From Candidatus Shapirobacteria bacterium (GTDB lineage Bacteria; Patescibacteriota; Microgenomatia; UBA12405), in contig JBAZTV010000003.1 of assembly GCA_041661765.1 (NCBI GenBank), positions 79,914 to 143,913 of the forward strand: a DNA stretch of 64,000 nt, written 5' to 3'. Shown piece after piece: positions 29,763-39,375 of this stretch. The notes beneath the pieces were generated by a model. It saw only the letters and a list, made by a program, of their open reading frames with translations. It did not search any database and was not told the DNA's origin. The position numbers and the translations under genes were made by a program. The number at the start of each line of letters is the position of its first letter. Positions within the stretch are counted from its first letter, which is position 1.

Positions 29763-30536
29763 ATGTTTAAAAAGTTTTCCATAATATTTTTTGTAATACT
29801 GTTAATTTCTTTTGGAATTTTTCTTTTAAAACCTAAATCAAAAGATCTTAATATGCCTATAATTTTATGGGTATGGGAAAGGCCAGAAAATCTCTATTTT
29901 TTGAAAGATAAAAATGTAAGTTTTGCTTATTTGTCAGGGACAGTAACTAAAAAGGATGAAAAAATAGAATATTATTCCCGTCGACAACCACTGAGAATTC
30001 CTGATAAAAGTAACATTATCTCGGTTGTTAGAATTGAAGACAGATCAATAGATCATATCTTTGAAGATAAATATTTACCAGAAATTTCAGATTATATTGT
30101 GAAATCTTGTATAGAAAAAACAAGTAATACTTCTTGTCAAATTGATTTTGATGCGACTGAATCCCAAATAGAGTTTTATAAAAAATTAGTGGTTAGTGTT
30201 AGAGATAAATTACCCAAAGAAATGAAATTATCCTTAACCGCTTTGGTGTCATGGTGTACTAATGATGAATCTTGGTTTAAAGATTTACCTGTCGATGAAG
30301 TGGTACCAATGTTTTTTAGATTGGGAAAAGATGAAAATGTTTATTGGCAAAAAATTGAAGATGGAAGTTTAAAGTTAAATCCTCTTTGTCAAAAAGCCAT
30401 TGGTATCTCTACTGATGAAAATATGCCAAATAAAATTTATCTTAAAAATAAACCTATATATATCTTTAACAATGAGTATTGGACACCTGTAAATTGGGAT
30501 ATAATGAAATTAGAAATTCAAAAAATATATGAGTAA
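29763..30536 (+). CDS. DUF3142-like exported protein
   Basis: N-terminal TM; LWVWERPE, QIDFDA, LSLTALVSWC, VDEVVPMFFRLG. Confidence 0.7.
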   Translation: MFKKFSIIFFVILLISFGIFLLKPKSKDLNMPIILWVWERPENLYFLKDKNVSFAYLSGTVTKKDEKIEYYSRRQPLRIPDKSNIISVVRIEDRSIDHIFEDKYLPEISDYIVKSCIEKTSNTSCQIDFDATESQIEFYKKLVVSVRDKLPKEMKLSLTALVSWCTNDESWFKDLPVDEVVPMFFRLGKDENVYWQKIEDGSLKLNPLCQKAIGISTDENMPNKIYLKNKPIYIFNNEYWTPVNWDIMKLEIQKIYE

Positions 30537-32682
30537 ATCAATCAAAATATTATTTCTATTTTTAATTATTTCCTTATTTTATAAGTCAACTGTTATTGCT
30601 TGTGCTCCTGGTTTTCCTGAATACATTTATGATCCTAGTCAGATTCTTACTGATTATTACCCACTAATAAGTGGAATCGGAGAGACTGATTATAAAAAAA
30701 ATCCAATACTAAATCAAAATTTTGAAGTCATTGCTCCGATATGGGGTCCAGAATATTTACTACCAGTTTATCTAAGTTCAATTAATAAGGAATTACCTAA
30801 CGACATTAAAAATGCTTGGGCAAATATTGTTAATGATCGGGATTACTATATGAGGTTAAAAAGGAATCAACTGTCAGAAGACTATGTAAGTGTTGATTCA
30901 CCAATGTCTGGCGGAGAAAAAAATGAATTAACTTTTTGGCAAAAAATTAGTTTGACAATTGATGGATTTTTGATTAAAAATAAATCTGAATCAGAGATGG
31001 AGAATGAATATAAAATGGCGGCTGATGAATACCATAAAGGAAATTACAACAAATCAATTGCTCTTTTTAATAGAATTTATAAAAACAAAAAACATTCTTA
31101 TCGAGATAAAGCTGCTTTGAGTCTTGGTTGGTCTTATATCGCCAAGGCCAATCAACAATATGAGTTAGATTTAAAAAATAAAGTAAAAGATGCTGAAAAA
31201 AAACAAATTGAAAATTTAAAAATAGCTCAAACTTATTATCAAAAAATAGTGGCTGATTCATCACTTTCGGAGGTAAGACTAGAAGCCGAAAAATATTTAG
31301 ATTATGTTCTCTACAGAACAGATCCGGTTTTTAGAATGACAAGAGCAGCAAAAGTGATGTTGGCAACAACAGATCCACAAGAGTTTTTAAGAAACTTAAA
31401 CGATTATATTCCTCTATGGTACAAATATTTTTATCGTCATATTGTTTATGATAAAGAAGTAGTTGAGTTTGAAAAATATAGTAAACAAATAAAAGAATCT
31501 GGAGATGAATTTAGTCAATTTTTATTAGCTTGGACTGATTTAAATTATAATAGTTTGGATAATAATATCGATAAATATAAAGAAAGTAATTCCCCTCTTT
31601 GGTTAATCATATCTCAACGCCAAATCGAGACAAATAACAAAGAATGGAACTATATTAATGATGAAATAAATAAAATATCAACTAATTCTCCTTTTTATTT
31701 AACAGCTCAATACTACAATTTTGACAAACAGTCTGGAGACTCAAAATTAAAAGAAGTTATCAAAGATCCAATTAAAAAATTAATAAGCCAAACCGACACA
31801 GATAAACAATACAGTGCTCAGAATTTATTTAACAGTTTAATGTTTAATTTATCTGACGACTTAGTTGAAAAGCAAAAGTATTCATTAATGAATAATCTTA
31901 ATTCTTATTGGACATTTTGGGATTCGACTAGTTGGGCACCATATTACCAGTACTTGAATTATAAAAATGCAGATAAAAATAAGGTTTACTTTATTAGTTA
32001 TAAAATGAAACAAATGTTAGCTTCATTAGATATTAATAAATTTAATGAATTGCTTTCTAAAAAAGATATTTTTAATCCTCAAATTAAACAATATTTAAGA
32101 TTAGTTTTGTTTACAAAATCGGTATTGAATAATCAATTTGATATTTCTAAAAATATGGCTGTTTTATTGGCCAAGAATAATTCCGAAATAGCAAAAGATT
32201 TGGCTGCTTTTATTAAAACTCAAGACCAAGATGAGCAAAAATTCTTAGCCGCTAAATTTATATTAGATTATCCAGAGATTACTGATTTTTCTAGTCAAAG
32301 TTTTGATGAATTTTCTTTGTATGAGGTAAAAACGATTAAAGAAATAGATAATTTTCGAAGAAATTGGGCATTTGAAGATAGTCTAGCTATGCCTGGTTAT
32401 CCCGACTATTATGAAAAATATGAAGAATATAAAAATAATAAGATAAATTCTGATGATTTATTAGTAAATAAAATTAGTCAAATTGTCATTGACTATGCAA
32501 TTAAAAATTCAAATCATAGTTTAGTTCCAATGGCATTAAGTCAGGTGGTTGATTTAGTTCATTACGGAACTAATACAGATAAAAAATCAGCCGAATATGC
32601 CAAGAGAGCTTTTACCTTACTTCATACTAATTACCCAAATAATTATTGGGCAAAACAAACTCCATACTGGTATGAATACTAA
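30529..32682 (+). CDS. large exported helical/TPR-like protein
   Basis: Signal peptide ending IAC; C-terminal AFTLLHTNYPNNYWAKQTPYWY; coupled to the DUF3142-like gene. Confidence 0.65.
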   Translation: MSKSIKILFLFLIISLFYKSTVIACAPGFPEYIYDPSQILTDYYPLISGIGETDYKKNPILNQNFEVIAPIWGPEYLLPVYLSSINKELPNDIKNAWANIVNDRDYYMRLKRNQLSEDYVSVDSPMSGGEKNELTFWQKISLTIDGFLIKNKSESEMENEYKMAADEYHKGNYNKSIALFNRIYKNKKHSYRDKAALSLGWSYIAKANQQYELDLKNKVKDAEKKQIENLKIAQTYYQKIVADSSLSEVRLEAEKYLDYVLYRTDPVFRMTRAAKVMLATTDPQEFLRNLNDYIPLWYKYFYRHIVYDKEVVEFEKYSKQIKESGDEFSQFLLAWTDLNYNSLDNNIDKYKESNSPLWLIISQRQIETNNKEWNYINDEINKISTNSPFYLTAQYYNFDKQSGDSKLKEVIKDPIKKLISQTDTDKQYSAQNLFNSLMFNLSDDLVEKQKYSLMNNLNSYWTFWDSTSWAPYYQYLNYKNADKNKVYFISYKMKQMLASLDINKFNELLSKKDIFNPQIKQYLRLVLFTKSVLNNQFDISKNMAVLLAKNNSEIAKDLAAFIKTQDQDEQKFLAAKFILDYPEITDFSSQSFDEFSLYEVKTIKEIDNFRRNWAFEDSLAMPGYPDYYEKYEEYKNNKINSDDLLVNKISQIVIDYAIKNSNHSLVPMALSQVVDLVHYGTNTDKKSAEYAKRAFTLLHTNYPNNYWAKQTPYWYEY

Positions 32683-33868
32683 AAGATTAATTGCGATTAT
32701 TATAATCGTATTATTAATTTCTCTTTCTTTTTCTGTTTTTAAAAAATGCTTGATTAAAAAAGATTTAATAACGGATATTATTAAAAGTAAAATATTACCA
32801 AAAATAACTTCAGAAGAAATTACAAAAGATAAAGAAATATTATTTAGTATTGGAAAAAATAATGTGATTATTACTCCAAGCTCTGTGGATATAAATGGAG
32901 ATAAATTTAATGATGAATTATTAAATCAAAATGGATTACATTTAGATTCATCTAATTACCCTAATTTATTTGAGCCGGAAAATGAGTTTGCTCGTCTTCA
33001 TGCAAAAGAAATTTCTGGAGGTGATAAATTAGACACAAAATTAATCTATATTGCTCGTCAGGTGCCAAATCATGGAGATATAGTGGATGGTTATTATGTA
33101 ATTGTTGATCCAGAAATTGGGAAAGTTGTTGATACTGGTTATAATAGCCTTTTTGGTAATGTCCATTTTAATAATTCATGTACTAGCTGTGCCCTACCAG
33201 TTTTATTGTTTAGAGAATACAATCGTCAACAACAGAAATTTATACTTACTAATAATCAACATAAAAAAGAATTTGTGGAGTTGTTGAGGCAATATACAGA
33301 TAGAGGTAATAAAGAATCCTGTCTTTTAAATGGAGAAAATATTTTAATAAATGAATTAATTAAAACTGTCAAAGACAGTGACAAATGTTCCGATATTAAT
33401 GATCCTGATAATTACCCAGCAGACTCTTTTATAACAGTTGGAGAATATAAACAAATTATTAATAATATTAAAGAAATTATTAATGGTAAAAATATTGAGA
33501 TGGTAAACCAAGGTTATTTTGGAGAAGGACTAGCTCCACTAAAATCAGTAACTTATTATGGATATGTCAATAAAATATCAACTTCAGGAGAAGCCAGATT
33601 TTATTGGTATGATACAAAAATCAAAAAGATTAAAGACGCTGATAATCAATATGCTTGGTTCTGGGCTATGCCAATAGATGTTCCATCTGATTCAGTATTA
33701 ACTGAAAAATGGGTAAAGTTTATTAATGAAAACATAGATTCAGTTTTTAAAATAACAGGGACAAGAGGTAAAAATGATTGTAGTTATTGGGGTTCAGATC
33801 ATTGTGTTGAAGACATTAATGTTAAAAGTATTGAAGTGGTTGGTAAAAATAAATTAATTGAATTTTGA
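32672..33868 (+). CDS. membrane-anchored hypothetical protein
   Basis: Start MNTKRLIAIII gives an N-terminal TM and 11-nt overlap with the previous gene. Confidence 0.65.
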   Translation: MNTKRLIAIIIIVLLISLSFSVFKKCLIKKDLITDIIKSKILPKITSEEITKDKEILFSIGKNNVIITPSSVDINGDKFNDELLNQNGLHLDSSNYPNLFEPENEFARLHAKEISGGDKLDTKLIYIARQVPNHGDIVDGYYVIVDPEIGKVVDTGYNSLFGNVHFNNSCTSCALPVLLFREYNRQQQKFILTNNQHKKEFVELLRQYTDRGNKESCLLNGENILINELIKTVKDSDKCSDINDPDNYPADSFITVGEYKQIINNIKEIINGKNIEMVNQGYFGEGLAPLKSVTYYGYVNKISTSGEARFYWYDTKIKKIKDADNQYAWFWAMPIDVPSDSVLTEKWVKFINENIDSVFKITGTRGKNDCSYWGSDHCVEDINVKSIEVVGKNKLIEF

Positions 33869-33873
33869 TATTA
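33794..33873 (+). repeat. degenerate direct repeat, copy 1
   Basis: TCAGATCATTGTGTTGAA... repeated 300 nt downstream. Confidence 0.85.
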
Positions 33874-33879
33874 TAACTT

Positions 33880-34056
33880 ATGAAATTTATATTTATTATT
33901 ATTTTTATAATTGGTTTTTTGTTTATTAATGCTGCACATATTCCAGCATGGTTTTTAAGTGGAGAAAAACCAACACACCCTGGTTGGAAAATATATGGAA
34001 TAATTGGAGTACTAATTTGGATCTTACTTCTAATACTTGGAAATACTATTTTATAA
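33880..34056 (+). CDS. 58-aa two-TM membrane protein
   Basis: Manual translation MKFIFIIIFIIGFLFINAAHIPAWFLSGEKPTHPGWKIYGIIGVLIWILLLILGNTIL*. Confidence 0.6.
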   Translation: MKFIFIIIFIIGFLFINAAHIPAWFLSGEKPTHPGWKIYGIIGVLIWILLLILGNTIL

Positions 34057-34093
34057 CCCATAAGTAGCAATCCTGATTAATTTCAATATTAAC

Positions 34094-34174
34094 TCAGATC
34101 ATTGTGTTGAAAATATTAATATAAAAAACATCGAAGTAGTAGATAAAAATAAAGTAATGAATTTTTAGATATTA
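34094..34174 (+). repeat. degenerate direct repeat, copy 2 (orphan 3' end of the 32672 gene)
   Basis: Translates SDHCVENINIKNIEVVDKNKVMNF*, versus SDHCVEDINVKSIEVVGKNKLIEF* in copy 1. Confidence 0.85.
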
Positions 34175-34194
34175 ATTTAGTGATATTATGAGTT

Positions 34195-34725
34195 ATGGAC
34201 AAAGATAAATTAAAAGATATTGAGGATGAAGAAAAAAAACTAAGAAATAGCATTGTTCGTCAGTTGGCAATGACAATTGAAATTAGTTTTGAATCATTTG
34301 GAATTATTTGTAAGGTTGTAGAATACAATTTTCGTCCAAACGACATTGAATTTTGCCTTGAATTGGCACTTGGTACACCTCTGGAAAAAGTAATTAAACA
34401 TCATAAAGACATAGCTATGGCAGTCTCGTCACCAACTGGTGATGTTGAAATTGAAGCACCTATTCCTGGTAGGTCTCTATTTGCAGTTAGAATACCAGTA
34501 AGAACAGGTTGGATGAAATCACAATACGAATATCAGAAACAGCTTGGGGCTGATACAAAAAAGATGACCGAAGAAGTAAAATTGGAGAATGAAGAGGAAT
34601 CTAGTGGTCCAAAAACATTTTTAGATTATCTATCTTTGCCTTTTCTTTTAGCTGCAACAATATTTGAAATAACTAGTGAATATTTAAGAAAATTAGGGAA
34701 TTTTATTAATGGTAGATTAAAATAA
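34195..34725 (+). CDS. stand-alone FtsK alpha-domain protein
   Basis: DIAMAVSS..VEIEAPIPGRSLFAVRIP matches the FtsK alpha domain; C-terminal hydrophobic helix. Confidence 0.75.
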   Translation: MDKDKLKDIEDEEKKLRNSIVRQLAMTIEISFESFGIICKVVEYNFRPNDIEFCLELALGTPLEKVIKHHKDIAMAVSSPTGDVEIEAPIPGRSLFAVRIPVRTGWMKSQYEYQKQLGADTKKMTEEVKLENEEESSGPKTFLDYLSLPFLLAATIFEITSEYLRKLGNFINGRLK

Positions 34726-34728
34726 AAA

Positions 34729-35751
34729 ATGCTTAACTATATTATTCCTCAAGAAAAAAGAAACCAAGAAGATAAAGATCCTATGTTTGAAAATGCTGTT
34801 AATTTAATTTTAGAAACAGGAGCGGCCAGTACAACTTTAATTCAAAGAAAGCTTATGGTGGGTTATGCCAGAGCAGCAAAAATTTTAGATGAAATTGAAA
34901 CAGCTGGATTTATTGGTCCTTCAAATGGGGCTAAACCAAGAGAAATTTTGATTAAAAGTGTGAATGGTCAGTGGCAAATACCAAATCCTCCACTAGAACC
35001 AAAAATAATTGAAGAAGAACCACCAATAAAATGGAATAAAACAAAATATGCTGATGATAAATCCGACCAATTTGAGATTAGTCTTGGTATAGATGAAAAA
35101 AATAGAGACATGAGTTTTAATCTTGAACGTTATGGTAATTTATTAATTATTGGTTCTCAATTTACTTCAGCAGTTGACCTTTTAAACAATATTCTAGTAA
35201 GTTCCATGGCAAAATATTCACCAGAAAAACTTAGAATTATTGCGATCGACGGAATTAGAGGTGATTTAATTGTTCCAAATAAAGCTTCCCATTTACTAAC
35301 TCCATTAATTGTCGAACCAGAAAAAAGTATTAGTGCTTTAAAATGGTCTGTTTCCGAAATTCAAAGACGAATGAAAATGGAAAGTCAGATAGATAATTCA
35401 AAAGTGTTAATTTTAATTAATTCACTTAACCAAATGCTAATGTTTTCACCATCAGAAATAGAAGATAATCTTTATCTACTTATCACTCAAGGAAGAAAAT
35501 ATGGTTTTTATTTTGTGATCGGTGCTGATTATTTAAGCCCTAAAATGTCAAAAGAAATTATGGCTAATAGTCCAGCCAAATTAGTTTTTAAACCAACAGA
35601 TCAAAAAGTTGCTAGAGATACTGGTATTCCAGAATCAACTGATTTAGTTTCTCCCGATGAGGCTATTTTAGAAACAATGTTTGAAGGCAAGAAAAAAATA
35701 ACAATCAAAAAACTAAATCCAAAAGAAATTTACGAGGAAATTTTTGAATAA
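34729..35751 (+). CDS. FtsK gamma domain fused N-terminal to a degenerate FtsK ATPase domain
   Basis: DPMFENAV..ASTTLIQRKLMVGYARAAKILDEIE..GAKPREIL; later LLIIGSQFTS and HLLTPLIVEP..ALKW without Walker A Lys. Confidence 0.8.
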   Translation: MLNYIIPQEKRNQEDKDPMFENAVNLILETGAASTTLIQRKLMVGYARAAKILDEIETAGFIGPSNGAKPREILIKSVNGQWQIPNPPLEPKIIEEEPPIKWNKTKYADDKSDQFEISLGIDEKNRDMSFNLERYGNLLIIGSQFTSAVDLLNNILVSSMAKYSPEKLRIIAIDGIRGDLIVPNKASHLLTPLIVEPEKSISALKWSVSEIQRRMKMESQIDNSKVLILINSLNQMLMFSPSEIEDNLYLLITQGRKYGFYFVIGADYLSPKMSKEIMANSPAKLVFKPTDQKVARDTGIPESTDLVSPDEAILETMFEGKKKITIKKLNPKEIYEEIFE

Positions 35752-35757
35752 ACAGAT

Positions 35758-36066
35758 ATGAAAAATAAAAATATCCATAGTAAGTATTTATATTTAATAT
35801 TAACCGGCATTATTATTGCAATTTTAATTTGGCTAAATTATTTTATTAAATTTAATCGTCAAGATTCTGAAAGAAAAAGATTGGATTTATTAGAATGTAA
35901 AAATTATGTAAAAAATAATGCTGAAACCTTTTCATGTGATGATTTTATAGAAGATAATACTGGTCCAATTAAAGGGTTTAAATGTATTAATGAAAAAAAA
36001 ATTAAAAAAACAGGATATATAGAATCTGATGAATTAGCAAAATGTATGGAAAATAAGGGCTGGTAA
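35758..36066 (+). CDS. small membrane-anchored Cys-containing protein
   Basis: N-terminal TM, four Cys. Confidence 0.6.
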   Translation: MKNKNIHSKYLYLILTGIIIAILIWLNYFIKFNRQDSERKRLDLLECKNYVKNNAETFSCDDFIEDNTGPIKGFKCINEKKIKKTGYIESDELAKCMENKGW

Positions 36067-36106
36067 TAGTGTTATTTTTTTTAAGCTCAAGTTTTTAAAA
36101 TTAGTC

Positions 36107-36811
36107 TTAGTCGTATAATTTAATTCCACCATTTGGATCTGGAAATTTAATTCTACTTCCCTCTTTAAAAGCATAAATAGGAGCTTCACTTAAAATTCTG
36201 CCGTTTATTTCTCCTTTAAAACTATGGTCACAATCTGGTATTTCAAAAATTTCTTTGTGTTTGGCATTAATGAAATAATCAAAAAATTTATCACCAATTT
36301 GTTTACCTAAAGCATAATCTCCCTGACCGACAACAATAATTACTTCACCCTTATATTCCCTGATTCCTTCAGCTCCATGTTCGCCACTAAAAACTATAGC
36401 TGGTTCAGTTAGAAGTATTTTTGTAACCTCTGGATATTCCCAAGCCGTCATAGAGATAGCTCCAGCCCCTGCAGAAGTTCCCATTAGATATATTTCCGGT
36501 TTATTACTGCCACAGATTTCTTTGGCATTATCTAGAACATAAGATAACGTTTCTCTTAGATTAATATCCCAACCAAAACCAAGAGATGAAATATTTGGAA
36601 TTCTAATCACAGCTCCAACTTTATTTTCAATTAAATAATCAGCCATCTTAATATATTTATCGTTATAACCACCAATAGAACCATCAGCTCCAGGAACATT
36701 AACAATAATTTTCCCATTGTTAAAAGGATGTATTGCCACATCAAGTTCAAAATCCATCGAGATTCCATTTTTTGTCTTTGTCCAGTGTAATTTAGTGGTT
36801 TTTATATCCAT
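36107..36811 (-). CDS. alpha/beta hydrolase
   Basis: GTSAG nucleophile elbow, CDHSF His. Confidence 0.8.
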   Translation of the reverse strand: MDIKTTKLHWTKTKNGISMDFELDVAIHPFNNGKIIVNVPGADGSIGGYNDKYIKMADYLIENKVGAVIRIPNISSLGFGWDINLRETLSYVLDNAKEICGSNKPEIYLMGTSAGAGAISMTAWEYPEVTKILLTEPAIVFSGEHGAEGIREYKGEVIIVVGQGDYALGKQIGDKFFDYFINAKHKEIFEIPDCDHSFKGEINGRILSEAPIYAFKEGSRIKFPDPNGGIKLYD

Positions 36812-36814
36812 TTT

Positions 36815-37204
36815 TTATATCTCCAAATATTTTTTCAATTGATCTGGATCTTCTTCTAAATTAATTTCAATTTGTGATTTTAAACAATTGTGTTGTTTTA
36901 AAACTTCTTTTTCAGCATTAAAAACATTGTCATCAAACCATAAAAATGGTTTGGAAAAATCAATTGCTTCTGTTTTTAATGTATCCCAACTGGTTGGTAA
37001 AATATTTTTCATCAATTCAATTGTTTTTTCATCAAAAAATCTTTCCATAAACCTAATTGTAAAAACAGCATCACCTTTACAATGAGTTGTGAGCCAATAA
37101 ATTTGATGATTTTTGAGAACATATTCTAAAAATTCTTTAACAAATTTTGCTTGGTTACCTGATTTTGTTAATAAAACACCGTCAATATCTAGATAAATGT
37201 TCAT
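36815..37204 (-). CDS. HAD-like protein
   Basis: YLDIDGVL, WLTT, WFDD motifs. Confidence 0.75.
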   Translation of the reverse strand: MNIYLDIDGVLLTKSGNQAKFVKEFLEYVLKNHQIYWLTTHCKGDAVFTIRFMERFFDEKTIELMKNILPTSWDTLKTEAIDFSKPFLWFDDNVFNAEKEVLKQHNCLKSQIEINLEEDPDQLKKYLEI

Positions 37205-37229
37205 AAGATAATATAATCTTATCTAAATA

Positions 37230-38303
37230 ATGATTTATTTGAAAGAAAAACAATACTACGAAGATCTTTATGATCTGTTAACTGTTAAAAATTGCCTTGA
37301 TTTTATTGAAATATGGAAAAGAAAAATTAAAAAAGATAGAGAAGAAATCAATGATTTTAAATTAGCAGATCCAAAAGGATTTGTAGAAGGACTAGGAGAG
37401 ATATCTCTCTATTATAAAAAAGGTGAGGAATATCGAAACAAGGAAAAAACAATAAGAGAATGGATGGATAAGGACCGAATAGAGCAGGAAATATATGACA
37501 ATGCAAAAGAACCAAGTTCAATATTTTGCCCAGATTGTAATTGGGCGATGAAGCTTGAAGACAAAACTTTATATAACCTTTCTGAAAAACAATCAAACAT
37601 ATTATTCTTTTTTAGATGTCCTAATTGTAAAAAAGGGAGAGGCATTTTTGATAATGGTGAAGAATTTGAACCTAAAAGACTAATCTGCCCTAAATGTAAT
37701 CGAGAATTGAAGGAAGATCGGCAACGAAAAGGTGAAGTAATTACTACTATCGAAACCTGTAAATGTGGTTATGAAAACAAGGATATTTGGGATATGAAGG
37801 CTGATAGTGATGAATATAAAAAGAAACAAGAAAAAGATAAACAATTATTAGAAACTTTTAGAGGAATATTTTGCTTAAGTAAGGAAGAAGGTGAAGAGTA
37901 CGTTTCAAGCCAAACAAAATCAGAATTATATTCTAAACATGAAGAAGAAAGAAAAACCAAAGAAGCTGACCCACGTTACAAGAAAGCAAAAGCATTAAAA
38001 AAGTTAAAAGTATTTGATTTACAAAAATTATTAAAGGAAACTTTAGAAAAAGAAAAATATATTGATCTTTCTTTTGATAAACCAGAAATTACTAGAGATG
38101 TGATAATTCCCTTCTCTATTCAAGAATCAGACACTTCAAAAAGTGACTACGATAGTCAAAATAATCTTAAAAAATTGATTAAAAAAACTTTGGAAGATAC
38201 AAATTGGCGATTAATGAGTGATGGAATTAGCCAGAGACTTGGAATTTTAACTGGTAGAATAAGGGGTTATGAAAATGAGGAAGATTTAATAAAGATTGTC
38301 TGA
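37230..38303 (+). CDS. multi-zinc-ribbon hypothetical protein
   Basis: CPDC, CPNC, CPKC, CKC motifs. Confidence 0.7.
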   Translation: MIYLKEKQYYEDLYDLLTVKNCLDFIEIWKRKIKKDREEINDFKLADPKGFVEGLGEISLYYKKGEEYRNKEKTIREWMDKDRIEQEIYDNAKEPSSIFCPDCNWAMKLEDKTLYNLSEKQSNILFFFRCPNCKKGRGIFDNGEEFEPKRLICPKCNRELKEDRQRKGEVITTIETCKCGYENKDIWDMKADSDEYKKKQEKDKQLLETFRGIFCLSKEEGEEYVSSQTKSELYSKHEEERKTKEADPRYKKAKALKKLKVFDLQKLLKETLEKEKYIDLSFDKPEITRDVIIPFSIQESDTSKSDYDSQNNLKKLIKKTLEDTNWRLMSDGISQRLGILTGRIRGYENEEDLIKIV

Positions 38304-38340
38304 AAGAATAAATTTTTTGTTTATGTATAATAAAGTATGT

Positions 38341-38369
38341 GATCAGAGAAGGGATTCTCTCCTCTGATC
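38341..38369. terminator. hairpin between convergent genes
   Basis: GATCAGAG-AAGGGATTCTCTC-CTCTGATC. Confidence 0.45.
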
Positions 38370-38386
38370 GCAAAGTGAATCTAATT

Positions 38387-38665
38387 TTAACTTAGATATT
38401 TTTTAAGCCAGTTGCCATGTTCTAAAGCGAGTCCAAAACCTTGCCAATCATTTGTTAGTCTGACGACAAGTAGTTTATCTGTATTATCTGTCACTGTGTT
38501 TAAAGCACGAGCGATAGTATCAGCAGTGTAACCAGTTTTAGCCTCAATTACCCATACTGTCTCACAAGGTTTAACTCCTGAAACAGCTATTTCACCCAAT
38601 TTTTTTTCGAGTAAAGAATAGACTTGACCTGGGCGGTTTAAATCATATGTTATTAGAAATATCAT
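38387..38665 (-). CDS. Cas2/VapD-like ferredoxin-fold protein
   Basis: MIFLITYDL N-terminus, ETVWVI, DKLLVVRL; 92 aa. Confidence 0.6.
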   Translation of the reverse strand: MIFLITYDLNRPGQVYSLLEKKLGEIAVSGVKPCETVWVIEAKTGYTADTIARALNTVTDNTDKLLVVRLTNDWQGFGLALEHGNWLKKYLS

Positions 38666-38741
38666 ATATTTTTTATCCTTTTAATGAACCAAACTCGTGG
38701 AAAGTTTGTTAAACCCGTAAATCTCTTTAGCTAGAATCCAA

Positions 38742-39350
38742 CTACAGGCCAAACACATTAACTACAACTCCCTGAATTATCAAAGGATCTCCACTTTGTA
38801 ATATGATTGGCTTATGTAATGAATTTGAAGACTTTGGCATTAGGGCTATATAGTCACTACCTTTCTTCAAAAATTTGACTGTGGCTTCGTCATTAATCAA
38901 TGCCACCACTTTTTGTCCATCGTCAGCTGTTTGTTGTAATTTCACTAAAATCAAATCTCCATCGTTTATATGTGCTTCATTCATCGAATCTCCAACCGCC
39001 CTAAGATAAAAATAACCCTTTTCATCACCACTAATAAATTTTTTATCTGTTGGAATATATCCTTCAATATTTTCTATCGCTAAAAGAGGTGATCCACAAG
39101 CAACATTACCAACGATTGGAATATTTACTGTAGTTTTAGATTCCTTGGTGATATTTATACCCCTTTGCTGATATTTGTCACGAATCAATAGGTTGTTGTC
39201 TTCCAATTTTATAATTGCTCTTTGAACTGAGGTTAGTGATTTATAATTAAAATGTTCCTTAATTTCCGTTAAAGTAGGAGACACTCCATTGTTCTCAATA
39301 TGCTCCTTTATAAATAAAAAAATTCTCTTGTCACTATCTTTTATTGTCAT
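38742..39350 (-). CDS. lexA: LexA repressor
   Basis: SPTLTEI winged HTH, VACGSP cleavage region, GDSM Ser, ATVK Lys. Confidence 0.9.
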   Translation of the reverse strand: MTIKDSDKRIFLFIKEHIENNGVSPTLTEIKEHFNYKSLTSVQRAIIKLEDNNLLIRDKYQQRGINITKESKTTVNIPIVGNVACGSPLLAIENIEGYIPTDKKFISGDEKGYFYLRAVGDSMNEAHINDGDLILVKLQQTADDGQKVVALINDEATVKFLKKGSDYIALMPKSSNSLHKPIILQSGDPLIIQGVVVNVFGL

Positions 39351-39362
39351 AACACTATTATA

Positions 39363-39375
39363 ACACAACTTGTGT
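39363..39375. promoter_or_regulatory. palindromic operator candidate at lexA promoter
   Basis: ACACAA-C-TTGTGT overlapping the minus-strand TGTTATAAT extended -10. Confidence 0.45.

Noticed and set aside
33822-34070. 82-aa minus-strand ORF
   Set aside because: Shadow of the + strand 58-aa membrane ORF, which matches the operon direction
38387-38665. CRISPR-Cas locus
   Set aside because: The Cas2-like ORF stands alone; no cas1 or array in the window
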